Part shown: positions 12,764 through 27,100 of the stretch, piece after piece | How the letters are laid out: every line of letters begins with the position of its first letter | How positions within the stretch are numbered: the first letter of the stretch is position 1 | Source: Amoebophrya sp. A120 | Taxonomy: Eukaryota > Protista > Dinoflagellata | NCBI GenBank assembly: GCA_905178155.1 | Contig: CAJINV010000003.1 | Span: forward strand, 3,901,600-3,965,599 | Direction of reading: 5' to 3' | Length of the DNA: 64,000 nt | The notes under the pieces: generated by a model | What the model saw: the letters and a program-made list of their open reading frames with translations, nothing else | Told to the model about the DNA's origin: nothing | Databases searched by the model: none | Translations under genes and position numbers: made by a program

Positions 12764-15454
12764 ATGAAAGTTGTTCTTCTATTTTTCGGCGTGAACGCGG
12801 CTGCCTCGGTAGCTGCGGCCGTTTTAGGGTCGTCCGGCTCCACCTCAGCACCGGGTGCCGCGTCCTCCTCCTCCTCCACTGGAGGGGGCCTCGCGTGGAC
12901 CATTCCAGTGAGGTCCACGTTCCTGGGCAAGAACGATGAAAAGACGATCACAGCCTGGCCGTTTTGCGAGAACTACCCCGTGGAAAAAATTTCTCCGCTC
13001 GACGCCGCTCGCATCTTGGCGGCCTACGCAGCCTACGATCTGCCGTTGGTCGCGCCGCCGGTCGGTTCTTGTCCAGTGGAAGAGAAGCGCGATTTGTTCG
13101 AGTTGCGTTCTCTTCCCTTCACCTGCACCCAGGGCGCCCGGCGTGGCAGCTCCCCGGTCTGGCAGAGCCGCCCAGAGCGCTTGGACACGATTGAGAAGCT
13201 TTTGACCCGATTGGCCGGAGACAAAACGAGCACGCCGGACTCCGTGAATGACGTGAATTTGCGCCGGCTCTACGACGAGTGTTCTCCTTTGCGGCAGGCC
13301 ATGAGCCCGGATCAGGAGCCGTTTTTTTTGCATTGCCCGGGGAAAAACGAGCATGTAAAGGCAAAAAGGTTGCGAACCAGCCAGCTACAGCAGAAGCAGA
13401 AGCCCTACGTGCCTGAAATGTTCGAGTTCTTGTTGGATTTCATCCTGCAAAACGACAACGCCAAGGCGCACGCGGGAAACTTGTTCAAGTTGGAAAACTC
13501 GCGGTATTCGCTGCTGCTCCACGCCTTTGCGCAGGCGCTAGAGAACGAGGACCGAGAGGCGGTGAAAGCGCTACCCGCGGCCGCGCGGGCCGCGGCGACA
13601 GCCGCGTCGGAGGACGACGAGGAAGGTTCCGCGTCCGACAAGGAACAAAGGACTTCCGCAGGAGGCCCGCTGACGCGAGGACTTGTCGCGACGCCGCGGG
13701 TTGCAGCTTCTTCACAGGAAAAATGCAAGAACCTTCCGGACGAACAAGAAAACGGCGCTCAGAATCGCGAAAGTGGTGAGCGAAGTGACAATGATGCGGA
13801 TGGTGATCATGCGACCACCCCCCAAGAGAAGCCGAAAAAGAGCCAGGACTACATCAATGCAATGGAGTTTCTACTGAACAAGTACTACGCAACCAATGAG
13901 CACTTGCAATCCGACTCGCTTGGTGACGAGCTGGTTAACGTGAACGGCGAGGGCGAGTCCACCTTTTTGGAGTACGTGCTCAGCAAGTGCGCGGATCACA
14001 GCACGCAGATGGCCCAATTGAGGGGCGAATTCGAGGAGCAAGACGAGGACGATCTGGAAGAAGACGAGGAAGAATCGCAAAACGGCCTGTCCGACGCGGA
14101 AGCTGAGGCAGGGGCCTCCAAGAAGAACTCGCCAGAAGGAGCCGAGGGCGCCGGGGGCGGCACGAGCAGTACCGCGGATCGTAATCGGGGCGCAGCTGGT
14201 GCGGAAGACAAGAAGGAAGACGAGGAACAACATGGTTTAAACCAGGCGCTATTGGAAGAGAAACCACAGCAGGGGGTTTTGACGAGCAGTCCCACGTGCG
14301 CGTTCCTGATTCCGCAGCTCCTGGTTCGCGGCGCTCGCCTCGTGCCCGGACCGATTCAGCTTGCCGCTGAACAAACCGCGCTGCACGATGTCTTCCCCCT
14401 GTTGCTTCTGAAATTGCAAGGTACTTAAAGTTGCACCTACGGCCGTGTCGGGGATGTTTCTGACTTGCATAAAGAGCACTGCTATTGCTTAGTATCCTGC
14501 TACTGCTCCACCTCCATCAACGTATTGTATAACGATACACAGACGTCCAGGTGGTGGTCACTTTTGAATTTAAACGAAAAAAATTACAATGACAGAGACC
14601 CTTGGCGAAGAAGAGGCCAAAACCGCGATTGAAAAAGCGAATGCATTGCACATCGCAACGAAGAATGACAACCTCAGAGGTAAGTACTGGCTCCTGTGTC
14701 ATCCAACGTATTTCATCACAACTAATTTAGTATCTCACACGCTGATCACTCAAGAGAGTCACACAAGGCAAGCAAAATTTGTATATCGTAAAGTCGCCTT
14801 GCCCTTCCTTGCTTTGAAAAGAAAACCTCCGCTACAGGTATGGCGACCCTCGGCAGATTTGGCATTACTGTGCGCGGGAAAGACAAGGACCGCGAGGGCC
14901 GCACGGCTCTGGAGCTGGTGCAATCGTCGGCCGGTCTCGTGGCGTTGCTGAAGCCGTTGGCCAGTTCGAAAGACAAAAACGGTTCGGCCCAGGACTTTCT
15001 AAAAGATTTTCCACTCACGGTTTTGATGGACAAGAATCCGCAGTTGTTTCTCACCCGCGAGGACGACGGTCCGACGGGGCTGGGCGGTTTCGAGAAAGAC
15101 GACGTCGCGACCTTGTTGGATATCCTGTTGGATTACGTCGTCACGCCCGGCAAGGGAGACGCGCTGCAGGAGATCGAGAAAGTGGCGTACCTGAACCACC
15201 AGTCGCCCGACACGGGTCGCACGGCCGTCTTCAAGGCGGCGATGAATCTGCAATGGGAGCTGTATGACGCCTTGGTGGCGGCGGGCGCCGACGACACGGT
15301 CGCCGATAAGGAGGGCCGGGTGCCGAAAACCTTCATGGAGCAGTACTACAAGGCCAAGGGCTGGCCCTTGAAGTCGGATCCCGAAAAGGAACAGGAAGAC
15401 GAGGAGGAGTCGGAGCAGGAAGAGGAGGACAAGGACGGTACATACTGTAGCTAG
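12764..15454 (+). CDS. Ankyrin-repeat protein with a putative N-terminal signal peptide
   Basis: Hydrophobic start MKVVLLFFGVNAAASVAAAVLG. Ankyrin-like motifs ANALHIATKNDN, GRTALELV and TGRTAVFKAAMNLQWELYDALVAAGADDTVADKEGRVP. GT-AG introns near 14421-14551 and 14680-14837. Confidence 0.7.
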
Positions 15455-16526
15455 AGGCAAATATAATTATGCCGCCAGCTTCCGTGTTCGTTGTGGAAAA
15501 GCAAAAGATCGAAAATCAAAATGAAAAGTCCACGCACAAGTGTGTGAAGGGCAGCGGATGTTGCGCATGTTGTAACGGCGTATTTTTTCATGTTTATTTT
15601 TACATAACGAACAAGAATAAAATTCAAAAACTAAATCAGGCACCGACAGCAACGACAGCGGGGCGGCTGCCTCCAGCCATGGCGGTAGCGAGGAAAGCCG
15701 TGGTGCAGCCGAGCCGGCGCCGGAACGGCGGGGAAGCTTCTTGGGTTTAGGACGAGTGCTGTTTAGCAGCAGCAAGTGAACGCAGAACGGCGCGGGGTCG
15801 AAAAAAGAAGGCGCGCCTTCTATTCGACCCTGCAAAGGAGGTCCATGAGAAACCGCAGAACCGCTGGAACCGTGCTGTCACTACCACACATAAGGAATTG
15901 ATGATTGCATTTCTTCTAATTCGAGAATTAACGAATGAAAATATGATGAACAATGAACAACTTCTTGCTATGAACCTCAACCTATGAATGAAATCCGATG
16001 ACGCCATGCTATCCGATGGTGAACAACTACTGCTTTTCGACCACTTTCACGAAAATTTCGAGTCTGGACCACGACTGGTACATTAACATCCTGAACTCTC
16101 GTGCTTGTCCGAGAGTTGGACACGAATTTGCACTACTTTACCTTGCAGCTTCCGAAAAAAATTCACCTGGCTGTGGTGCAGCTCCAACTCTGAACGCGTG
16201 TGTGTAGTCCGTATGGATGCGTTCCTGCTTCTTTAGGACCCTGCCTCTGTTCGACCGCTCCTGTATTTTCGTCCCCGGCGGATCTTTCTTGTTGTAGACA
16301 CGGAATCGTTCGATGCACTTTTATTTCCGGTGGGCAACTACGAAGCTTCAGTTGGCACCACGCATGCCACAACAATTCCCAGTGTGCATGCATAGTATCA
16401 TAAAAACACGCAGTGTAGATGTAGTTGAGCTTCTAATAGCTTCGTTCAATATGATGCATTTCCATTTCCATTTTTAGCTGGAATCTTTACAGATTGTGCT
16501 TCGTTCATCTCGTTTCTTCAGCCACT

Positions 16527-19500
16527 ATGTCAGGTACCCTGATCATGAGCTCGGGCGCAGGTCCGCCGGCGCTACAGCATCAAGCCGGTCACCACCCCGC
16601 AGGAGCCGCCGACGTCAACAGTCATCACGAGAATCTGGATCATTTTGACGCTCTCGCGGCGGAAGATTTTGACCCTATCGCGTTCCTGAACAAGCAGTTC
16701 CCCTCGGAGAAGTCCCTGCAGCACGTGGACAAGGTGATGCAACAGCTGGACAAGATTGCGGCGACCATCGATACGGAGCTCCGGCACGCGGTACACGAGC
16801 AGGCACGCACGGGGTTCCGCGCCAAGGAGGACCTGGAGCAGGCTAAGACGGCGATGGGCGACCTGATCACGCGGGTGAAGAACGTGCAGTCCAAAGCCCA
16901 GCAGTCCGAGTCGCTGGTGTTGGAATTCTGTCGGAACATCAAGTTCCTCGACCTGGCGAAGAAGAACTTGACCAACACGGTGACCGGATTCAAGAGGTTT
17001 GTCATGCTCGTGTCCGCTCTCGAGCAGCTGCGCCGGCTTGCCGCGGAACGCGAGTACAAGAAAGCCGCCCAGTTGCTTCACGCTTGCGAGGAGCTTGCGC
17101 AGCACTTTCAGGGCTTGAGCAAGGTGGTGCAGAAAGTGCACGACCTCTTGCGACAAAAGGACTCACTACTGGCGGATCTGCGGGCGCAGATCTTTGAGGA
17201 CTACGACGCGCTACTGGACCCAACCGACGTGGATCTACGTCGCGAGGACATCAAAGCCGCAGCGCACTGTGTGAATGCCATGCCCACAAAGACTGTACGC
17301 CACGAGATTGTCACAAGATTTTGCCTGCGGATTTTGGAGGACTACAAAAAAATCTTCTCGCCCTCGCAGAGTCAGACGGCTCTTGGGGTTGGCGCGCCCG
17401 GTCAACCAGGGGGGGCCGGTGGACCGGGCGGTCAAGCCTCGCAGCAGGAGGAATACTCGGGCCTGGAGCACGTGGAGCGCCGCTATGCATGGCTCCGCCG
17501 CACACTGAAGGAATTCGACGACAAGTATCTCGAGTTCTTCCCTTCTTTCTGGGGCGTACCGTGCTCGCTGTGCGAGCATTTTTGCCACATCACAAGACAA
17601 CACTTGGTGGAGGTGCTCGGCGCTACGCACCACACAGCTGATCCGGAGCTCCTGGTGCGGGTGTTGCGAAAAAGCATAGAGTTTGAGAACGACCTTGCGA
17701 AAAAGTTTGCGGCGTCGGCAGATAAGGACGGTAATAACAGGGAGAGGCAGCTGCAAGCAAGAAGTCCGGGCGGAGAGGTAGGAATCGCATGTAATAGATA
17801 TTTCTGCTCTTATTTATTCAACAGGATGCCGGGCGGGTATCCCCGACAAATTGCGCCGAACATAAACAAAAGATACTGTACGGAAATATGTCAGAAAAAT
17901 CTTACAAACAGAAACCCGTGCGGCACATCTCGGAGTTCGTGACAGAATCCGACCCGGGAGCAGATGCGGATCGGGCCGATCCAAGCCGGGAGCTGCCGAT
18001 GGCCTTCGTGAAGTACGGATTCAGTCCGACGAAGAGGGCACAGCAGGCGTCACCAGAGGACAGTAGCCACCTCCCCCGCTTCCGCGGCATCGTGTCCGAG
18101 TGCTTCGAAGCGTACCTGGGCACGTGGGTAAACTACGAGGCCAGCAACTTGAAAGCCCTGATTCCAGAGCAGGAAGACATGCCCCAAGTCGAAACGGGAA
18201 CGACGGGACCCGCCAGCGCAGAAGAGGATGACGACCTCGGGGACGACGACTCACGCTACGTATCCATTGTTGCAATAGTGCCGCTGCTGATGATGATGTT
18301 GTTTGCGACGTTATTTTCCCCAACATGCCCTCCCCTGAATAACAATAAATCCATCAGGTTTTCCCCTCCGCGCCTGCCCTGTTCGACGCGATGCGGCGGG
18401 TGATGATGAAGTGTGTCTCCTTCAGTATCGACCAGACCTTGTTCGAGATTTTTCTGGTGTTTAAGCAGACCGCGAACCTGTACTGCTCGACAATTCACAA
18501 CCGCGTGAAGAGAATGACGGTGGGCTCGGGCTACGTGATCTCCGACGAGGACCTCAAGATTGCGTGCGCCTGCATTGGCACGTTGGAATACGTGGATCAG
18601 ATGCTGCCCCAACTGTCCGACATTGTCCGGCAACACCTCACCTCAGGAACAAGCACATCGAGCCAGTACCAGAATAAGATCGACTTCGATTCCGAACAAG
18701 AAACGCTGGGCGCGATCACCGCGTCCATTTACGCAGACGTGCTGGTGAACTACCCTCGGATGAGTACCCTGCTCGCCCGCCTCAGCGCCACCATGATGAG
18801 CCACTACGCTCAAAAGTTTTCAAAACGCGGGGCTGGTGGTGCAACAGCGCAGGGAGGATCAGGTGGGGACATTACGACCGCGTTGGGACAGCACCAGCAG
18901 CCACCGTCCGCTGTTGCGTCCTCCAGCGCTGCCTCGTCGTCCGCTGCAGCAGCTAATTCCAGTAGTTCCAGTGGCTCAGCATCAACATCTGCGCCGACCG
19001 TCTCGCCCTTTGTTGCGGAAATTGAGGACATTTTCACATCGCACTGCTCCCTGACCAGCGGGTACTTGTCCAAGTTACACTACAGGTTTTTCTGCGACAA
19101 GCACGCGCAGTGGTTCATTCCGCGCTTCACCCACGAGATTTACAAGTGCCGCGGGGTGTCGAAGCAGGTGGCGCGGCAATTTCTCATGGACGCGGTTGCC
19201 ATCAAGAACGTGCTGCTACAGGTACCCGCCGGAGCGCTGCGTGCGCGCTCCGGGGGTGCATCATCGCAAATCAGCATGCCTACGGCCTACAGCAATTTCG
19301 TTTTGCGGGAGTTTGGTCGCGTGGAGTTCATCTTCAAAGTGTTGTCCGAGGAGGAAGAGGCCGTGCATCGATTGAACCACGGCGTGGACGTAACACAAAA
19401 GGAAATCGACCAGATTCTGATGCTCAAAGAGGGCGCAGCCATGGACGATGAGATGTTCAATCCGGTAGATGGCGGCGATCTGTTGGGCGGGGGCAGTGTC

Positions 19501-19665
19501 GACCCCGCTGCGCGAAACAACCCGTTTAACTTTGTGCAGTCCACATTGCCAAACGTGAATCCCTCGATGAAACAGTTTGCCAGCGACGCACGAAAGCAAG
19601 CTGACACCATGAAGCAGCTCGCTGCCGACGCACGGAAAAAACTCTTCGGAAACATCAAGTTTTGA
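16527..19665 (+). CDS. VPS53: GARP/EARP complex subunit Vps53
   Basis: FDPIAFLNKQFPSEKSL, IKFLDLAKKNLTNTVT, LEHVERRYAWLRRTL, FCHITR, FRGIVSECFEAYL. Canonical introns at about 17778-17911 and 18260-18357. Confidence 0.92.
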
Positions 19666-20453
19666 TGAGAGCTTAGTTTTTGAATGAAACATTTTGCGGC
19701 ATGTTACTGCTTAAATTTGCCCTCCTGTGAAGCTGAAGGCAAGTCCTGCTTGCTTTCTACATTCGGAATGCGATGCACGCCAGATTGAATAGTTGTCTCT
19801 TCTATAAATACTTCTCTCTGATTCTGTCTCGTGGATCGGTTTCTGAAAAAGTTCGGGTTTCTCTGCGTCACGAGTTCCGCCGGCTTGCTCGATACTACAA
19901 TCGAAATCGGTTTTGTGCTTGTTTATTTTTCTCAGTTGATCTGGTTGTATTCAATTTCAAAGCGAAAGTGCAAAGTCCGTCGGTGTATTTTTATCATGAC
20001 GTATTCTACATACATCGGATGGCTTTATGTGCGAAGATAGGGGAGGACAAGACCAAGAGTCAGATATCTTTAGATAGAATCTTTCCCAGATGAAGATTCT
20101 GATTTCGTTATTGACAGCCCCTACCCCCATTCGCAAGTGGCTGTCCAAGTTTTAGCGAGACACACCCATTTATTGATCCCCTGACCACAACATGCTGGTC
20201 CTTGTTTATCACCGCCTCGTCTACTTTCAACAAGGAATCCTCGACACTAGATAGTAAATTTGGCACCTTGATGTTACAACTAAACGTCTGCGAGTACCCC
20301 TTCCCCTGCTTCATTTTGGAGCTCTTGCTATTCGAATCGAAAGGTAAAGGAGCAAGTGTCGTTCATGCGTACTAGGAGATAATAGATACAGTACAACTCC
20401 AAGTTGTACGAAGACGAAGAGCATTGGCGTCATCCCTTCCTCAGACCAAGTCG

Positions 20454-23400
20454 ATGACGGAGATCCTGGCAGCAGCAAATGGCGGCTCATCCTCTTCTCC
20501 GCCGCTGCCACCGCTCGGACCGGTCGAGAAGCAGCAGTCGGATCCGCCGAAGATTTTTTTTGCCGCGACGCGCCTGCACCGGACGGATGCGAGCGTGGAT
20601 GCAGGGCAGCTTTTGAACAAATTGCGGCGGGTGATCGAGTGCGCCGGCGGTGCGGGCTGCCATGGATTCCTGGTCGCCTACCCTCTGTGGGACGCCTTTC
20701 TCCGCCGGTCCATTGACCGCATTCTGAAGTCCAAGCAGCGGCGCTTTCCGCAGCTGCAACTGCTGGAGCCGGTCCCCGTGCCCTACTGGGGCGCGTTCAC
20801 GCCCGCACTTTCCAACCTGATCGCGGCGGCGCTGGCGAAGAAGGCGGACCTTTTGATGTTCCTCTCCCTGTATCAATTGCAAAAGTGTCTGGGTCTGGAA
20901 GGTTGAAACCTCTGATGCGCATTTCAGAACGCAGAAAAATCTCTCATGCATAGTCAGCAAAAGTTGCCCACTTTCTGTCACCAAAGTCAGGGAATTGTCA
21001 TGCGGGTTCGGCATTGCGAACGCTTGTCGAAGCCTGTGATGCTAGAGCTTCCATGCCAGACCTTCTGTGTCATGCAAAAGCAGCACGATTCTTCCAGACC
21101 CAGACGTTTTTATATTTGATACCCTGGAAATGATCGTTAACGGTTTTTCCGTGGACATTTTGCGCAGCTACCTTTCCGAGACCACGCTCGTGGTTGGGCC
21201 CGAGCTCAAAAACAGCCACTTGTTCGGGCTGGATCACAACCCCGTGTTCGAGCCACCCACAAACCAGAGGACCGAAGTTGTAGATGACAAAGCAGAGCGC
21301 CATAAAAAGAAGCCTTCATTGTCGTCTGCTCCTTCCGAAGATGCTGATGAACACGGCTCGAATAGTTGTACAAGCAAATGGTCGTTTGAGGTGAGCGGGG
21401 CCAACATTCCGTGGAACACCTGCGCAATCTGGGATTTGCAGAAGTTGTCACTCTTCGGCTTTCCCAGCATCGCAGACGGGCACATTCCGGGAGTAGAGAA
21501 GGGGATCGAGGAGGTCGTGGCGATCAACATTGCGCAGTCTTGCCTGACACCGGCGCAGGCCGAGGTGAAGCTGATTCGGCTGCCGGAGAAGGGGACCACG
21601 TTGTTCAACAACAGTCCTGGCACCAGCAACAGAACTGTAGCAGGCCCACCGCAATTGCAGCTCTCGGCGAATTTGTCCGGACAAAATAGACAGGTGTCCG
21701 GTCCTATGGGTCCCGCCACGACGAGTATGAAAACCAAAAGCCCCGTAGCTGGTGCAACTACTACGACACCTTCAAAGGGGCCAGCAAACCCACCAGTTCC
21801 ATCGCTTCCTCCGGGCGAGGAAGTCTTCGCCAGTGAAGAAGGCCGGGCGAGTAGTGCCGGCAATGTCGCAGGCCAGGAGGACGCGATCTGCATTTGGGAC
21901 GTGTTTGGCACCGCGTGGATTGAGCTCATGCGCACGGGAGCATCAAGGACATTGGCGCGGGAAGTGTCACACATGATCGACGAAGCGCAGCACGAGCACT
22001 TCCGCGTCACCGCGGATGATGAGTTTGGGCGGTTGAGTGAGGGGAAGGAGGAGGATTACTCCAATGCCGGCGCGGATGGGGCGGCGGCCAACGCCAACAT
22101 CGGTTTAGCAGCAGGAGTAGGAGAGCTACAACTAGTCGCGGCTACTTCTGCAGCTGATGGCAATAAGAGCTTTTTTGCCAACAGCTCTGCCACTGCGGAG
22201 GATGACAAAGTGATTTCAGCCAGCGGAAAAAACCTGCAGAACATCCCACTAGCGCCTGCTGCGATGGCGGAGATAAACCAGAACAAGACGCTCCTGTCGA
22301 ACAGCGGGATGAACACTTCTAAGTTGATACTAGACGTCAACCTTCGGGAGGGTGACGAGCTTTTACTCGCGCCGAACCTGAAGGTTCTAACCAGCGACGT
22401 GGATCTGGTTCCAGGCGAGAGTCCTACTCTGCAAGTTGCCCTCGGCAACCCCCGCGGCGAGAACAATCCTCGCGAGAGCCCGGCCTCGGACAAAATTAGC
22501 ATTCACACCATCCGCAGCGGATCTCAGGGGGCGCAATCCAAGAACTCGCGGTCTGCTGGTGGAAATATGAACCTGGCTTCATCTGCCGTCGCAAACCAAA
22601 AAATGCTGGGTGCTGCTGCGGAACCGAACAGAAACTCCAAATCGAAGATTCCACAGCACCCTCCAGACGAGCCTCTGGCGCTGGATGGTGCGAGCTTCGA
22701 TCCCGTCGGAATAAGACCGCAGCACGCCGCCGCGGCCGCGGAGTCGACAGAAAATAACTCGGAAGCAGATGAATTCTCTTTCCTGCCAAAGGCCCGTGCG
22801 GGCGGCAGCAAGCCGCATACAGGAATTCTCGCCGGCGGTGGTCCTCCCATGATCGGAGGAATCACGGCAGGCGAAGGGAGCGCTGACGACATGCAAGAAC
22901 AATCCGGCAGCGCCGTGTCTTCCACCGGAGAAGACGACTTCATGTCCTCCGGCGGTGGACAGCAGATCGGGGACCAACAGCCGCATCAATTACTGAACAC
23001 GAAATCGTCCCCACCAGTCGTAGCAGCGAATGGAGCATCTTCTTTCCGAGGTGGAGCAGCAGCGGAGCACCAGCTGCCGCAGCTGCTACAGAAGGTCGCC
23101 AGTAGCGACTCGATCCGCAGCATGGGAGTGGCTTCCAGCGATTCCGAGAGCAGCAGGATCGTTTTCGGTCCCACCACCCGCTCCGCCCATATTGGCGCGA
23201 AGACGAAGGACCGCTCTTTGATGGCACGGGGCGGTGGACCAAACCGCAAGATGCCCGGACCGCTGGTGCGAAGCGAGGGGAGTACGGCGTCCATCGGCTC
23301 CATTTTCACGAAGGAGGAACAGAAAAGCCTCACCAAAGAAGAAAAACACATAAGGAAATGCGCCACCAAAATCTCCCGCGCAAACAGCCAAATGAGACAC

Positions 23401-23460
23401 CTCCAAAACCTACGCCCCGGAATCGTGCAGCACATAGTGCACTCTGTAACAACCTCCTAG
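20454..23460 (+). CDS. Hypothetical protein: globular N-terminal domain (WGAFTPAL, PWNTCAIWD, GIEEV) and long disordered tail
   Basis: ORFs 20424 and 21067 join in frame (LMFLSL|EMIVNG) after removing 20871-21121 plus one CCCTG. Confidence 0.75.
20871..21121. mobile_element. TIR introner-like element, family A (251 bp), DR CCCTG
   Basis: Left TATCAATTGCAAAAGTGTCTGGGTCTGGAAG; right CTTCCAGACCCAGACGTTTTTATATTTGATA. CCCTG at 20866-20870 and 21122-21126. Confidence 0.93.
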
Positions 23461-24156
23461 ATATGACAATTCGAGGAACTGTGACACGATCTTGCCTCAC
23501 TGCTTGTTGACTCTTCTGCTCGACACAAAAACGCAGTGAGTTTTTTGGAAATAAACAAAGTTCCGTGTTCGCAAATCTTGGAAGAAAAGCTGTTATGATC
23601 TCGCTTCGAAGATCATTTCTTTTACCTAGAGTAAAAAACAATTGCCCACATCAGACGGCAGCGATGGCAATACTACCGTTTGGCAGCACGATATTGGGAT
23701 CGCAGTAGCGATCACAGCTCCGTTTGAGATCTTCTCCTTTCACTGGAACACTTTTACAACCGCACTCAGCATTTTGATTCTTTTTCTTTTCCAAAATCGC
23801 TGACGCTTTTCAGGACCCCACCGATCTTTGTTGGTTTCGAAGCGCATTTTTCACTTTTTGTTTTTTCTATAAGCAGCTACAGCATTTCCATTTTATTTCG
23901 TGTAGGAGTACTCATTTATTTTATCAGAAAGCCCCCCCAACCATACCATATTTTGTTTGTTTCCTTCCCTTGAGTTGAATAGAAGCGACCGCAGCATCGC
24001 TGCTTGTAGTTGACTCGTCTAATAGTAATAAATGCTCTTGTTTTTTTCATACATGAAGACTCACACGATCATTCGGCTCCTACTTCCACCTGACCAGGTT
24101 GTGATGTCATACTTGGCAACATATTAAGAAAACCCGACCTTGGCAACATATTAAGA

Positions 24157-27100
24157 GTGTCGTCGTCCTCTGTGTCATCTGGCAACATGTTCTTGCCCGG
24201 TTTTTCGACGGACGATGAGCAGTGGGCGGCAGCCGCAGCTGCGCAACAGGACCCTCGACTTCTTGAGTCCTCCGGATCAGATTCAGACTGGGACCCCGGG
24301 CTGCGAAGTGTGAGTGGTGTGTTGGATGTGTACGCGAAGATTGCGGATTTCGGGGTGGCAATCCTGGATGTCCTGGTCCTCCAGCACATTCCGAAAGACC
24401 ACCCGAAGCTAGCCCCCATCGACGACGAGGATGACAGTTCGGAGGACTCGTTCTCCACCTCTTCGTCGATGTTGGAGCGCCGAGCGTCCTTCGAGTTGGA
24501 CTCTCCGCCCGAAGACGTGTACGAAGAGGAGGATGCTGACGAGCTGCAGAACTTTTATCAGGACGCCGAGGCCCAACAAGAACAGCTAAAGCAAGTGCAG
24601 CAAGGTGGAGCTCTTGTTTTGCCACTCCCGAGCCCCTCAGCGCTACAGGACCAGGAAGTACTTCTAATGAACAAAGGTGGAAATAACTATTGCGAGGTGA
24701 ACGACGGTGTTAAGAAGTCGGTGCAGCATTCGCGCGACCGTGACGGATTGGAGGAGGAGGCGGTTAAAAATGGGCAAGAAAGCATTTTTTCCAAAAAATC
24801 ATCGCCGCGGGAAAGCCAGGCCGAGGCCGAGAACAATTCTGCTGTGCAGGAACTAGCGGACGTCGAGTCAGTCTCAGCCCTGCAAGAAGCGTCATTCCTC
24901 GTAGAAGATGAAGAGGGAGAAACCACTCCCCACAATGGCGTGGCAACCAGTAGTCTGGCCGCAAACGTGGATGAGACGGAAGAGTTGAGTCCCGTAACCA
25001 TCCGACAGTCTGTTCTTCAACAAGAAGAAGTCCTCGGAGAAGCTGAGCTGCAAGCATCTGCTCCTCGCGAGTCGCTGGAAAGAAACAACGAGATGAAGCC
25101 GAGTGATGAAAACGATGCCAGTCGCAACCAGATGCTGGCGGAAGAAGGAGCGCGGAAAAGCCGCGTTTTGACCGCAGGGGCGGTGTTTGCCCGGACGCTG
25201 CTTGAGAAGCGCGCCCGGTCGCGCTCCGCGGGAGGCTTCAGCCCGAAGTATGGATACATGACTTCTTACCCCCATGGGACGGATGAGCATCATCAATTGC
25301 GTGAATACAACTTCACTCTGAACGACACTGCACCGTCTGCGATTATAACACACCAAGCTGGTGGGAGAAGCCACCGGTCGCGTGCAGATTCGAACTCACA
25401 GGTACTCCGAACAAAAGGCAGAAGCTTGTCGCTCGATTTGTATAATGCGGCGGGGCCCTCGTCGAGAACGAAGGTAACCTGCAGGAGAGGGAATAAGGGA
25501 GCGGCACGCTCGAGTATGATTGCAGATAATCATGCTGGCAGCAAAACGACGAGCAACCACCAGCTGTCCAAAACTGAGAAGAGCAACCGGAGTTCGCCTC
25601 AACAGCCACCGGTCTTAGTACGGGAGAACCGAAATAGTCCGGCCGTAGGACAAAAATCCTCGTCTACTTCTCCGCTCCGAACCAAGAAGCCGCACGCGAA
25701 GAAGTCGTGGTGCCCTTATCTCCTGTGCTGCTGCTGTCCGTCCGTGATTTCGAGAGTGTGTGACTCGGTGGCGGCGGGCATCGGTAACCGGGTCGCTGCG
25801 ATGCGAGGAGCCGTGCTCGGCGGCGTCTGTGACTTCTTTCTGCCGTTGCGGCACCGCCCCCTGCGGGACCGAGCGCCGATATTCGTGTGCAGCAGCTTGT
25901 TGGGAATCATCCAGACTGCAGCCCAGATCGGACTTCTGGGTCCCATCGGATTACCCTTCCAGACTGTCTACACGCTGACCTGCATCAGCTACTACCAAGG
26001 TACAGTGATACATAAACAGATTATACCACTTTCATCAAACTGAATTTCTTGCTCGATTTCTTCTTTTTTTGATGTTTGTCGTCTGATGTCAAGTACAACT
26101 ACCTTGGCGATGTGTCGTGAGTCCTTAGATAGATTCCTGCCTTTCAAGAACTCCCAGCTCTGTAATGTCAAAAGGAAAAGCGCAGTGATAGATATAAACA
26201 TCAAAAACTCAACCACAGCCGTCGTAACGCCGCCTGGTTTCATTCCGGAGAGTTGGTGGATCGTGGGTCCCGGGGTGACGTTTGAGCGCAAGCGGAAGAA
26301 TGGGGACTACCGCTACTGCACGATGGAGCGCGTTTACAAGCCGGACCGAGCGCACTACTGTCGGACGCAGCAGCGCAACGTGTTGCGCATGGACCACTAC
26401 TGTGGTTTCCTGAACAACACCATCGGTATCCGCAACCACAAGCTGTTCATGCTGTTCCTGACCTATGCCAGCTCCCTGTCCGCGTGGACGGCCTATCAAC
26501 TGCTCACCCGGGGCCCGGGGTTGCTGGCCCTCGCCACGACTGGCGCTGCTGGAGCAACAACGAGCGCCGTTGTAATTTCGCCGGGGGGACTCCTATTCCA
26601 CGTCGGGACCACAGGTATCGCGACCATGGTGTCGTTTGGAGCGCTACCCTTCTGCGTGTTCACGATGTGTCTGGCGGTCCGAAATCAGACCACCATCGAG
26701 TTCGTGGAAGGCAGTCGCGTCCTCACTCGTCGCCTCGCGGTGTGGGAGGCCCCGCTCGAGGTTATCGCGCAAAGTAGCAAAAGTCCATTTGGTGCGGGTA
26801 GTATCGTCCAGAAAGAGTTTCTGCGGACCCAGCAAGTGCAGTTGAATACACCCGCCTCGAGCGCGCTGGCACTGGCTGCGACGCCTGCGTCGGCGGTATT
26901 GGTCCCGCCGATGCTGGTGAACAAGGGCGACGAAGCGGCCCAGTTCAGCGACTTTCTCACGCCGAAGCAGAAAATCAACGGAACTTCTGCTGCGTCGGAA
27001 CTACGACCAGACAATTGCAGTAACAGCCGCGTGGAGGTCGAAGAAGAGGACAGTTTGATGAACACAAGCCGCACCGTCTTTGAAGACAGCACCCCAGCAG

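Noticed and set aside
24112-24156. 18-bp direct repeat CTTGGCAACATATTAAGA x2
   Set aside because: A short local duplication in frame with the DHHC ORF (LGNILR x2), with no TIR or other structure.
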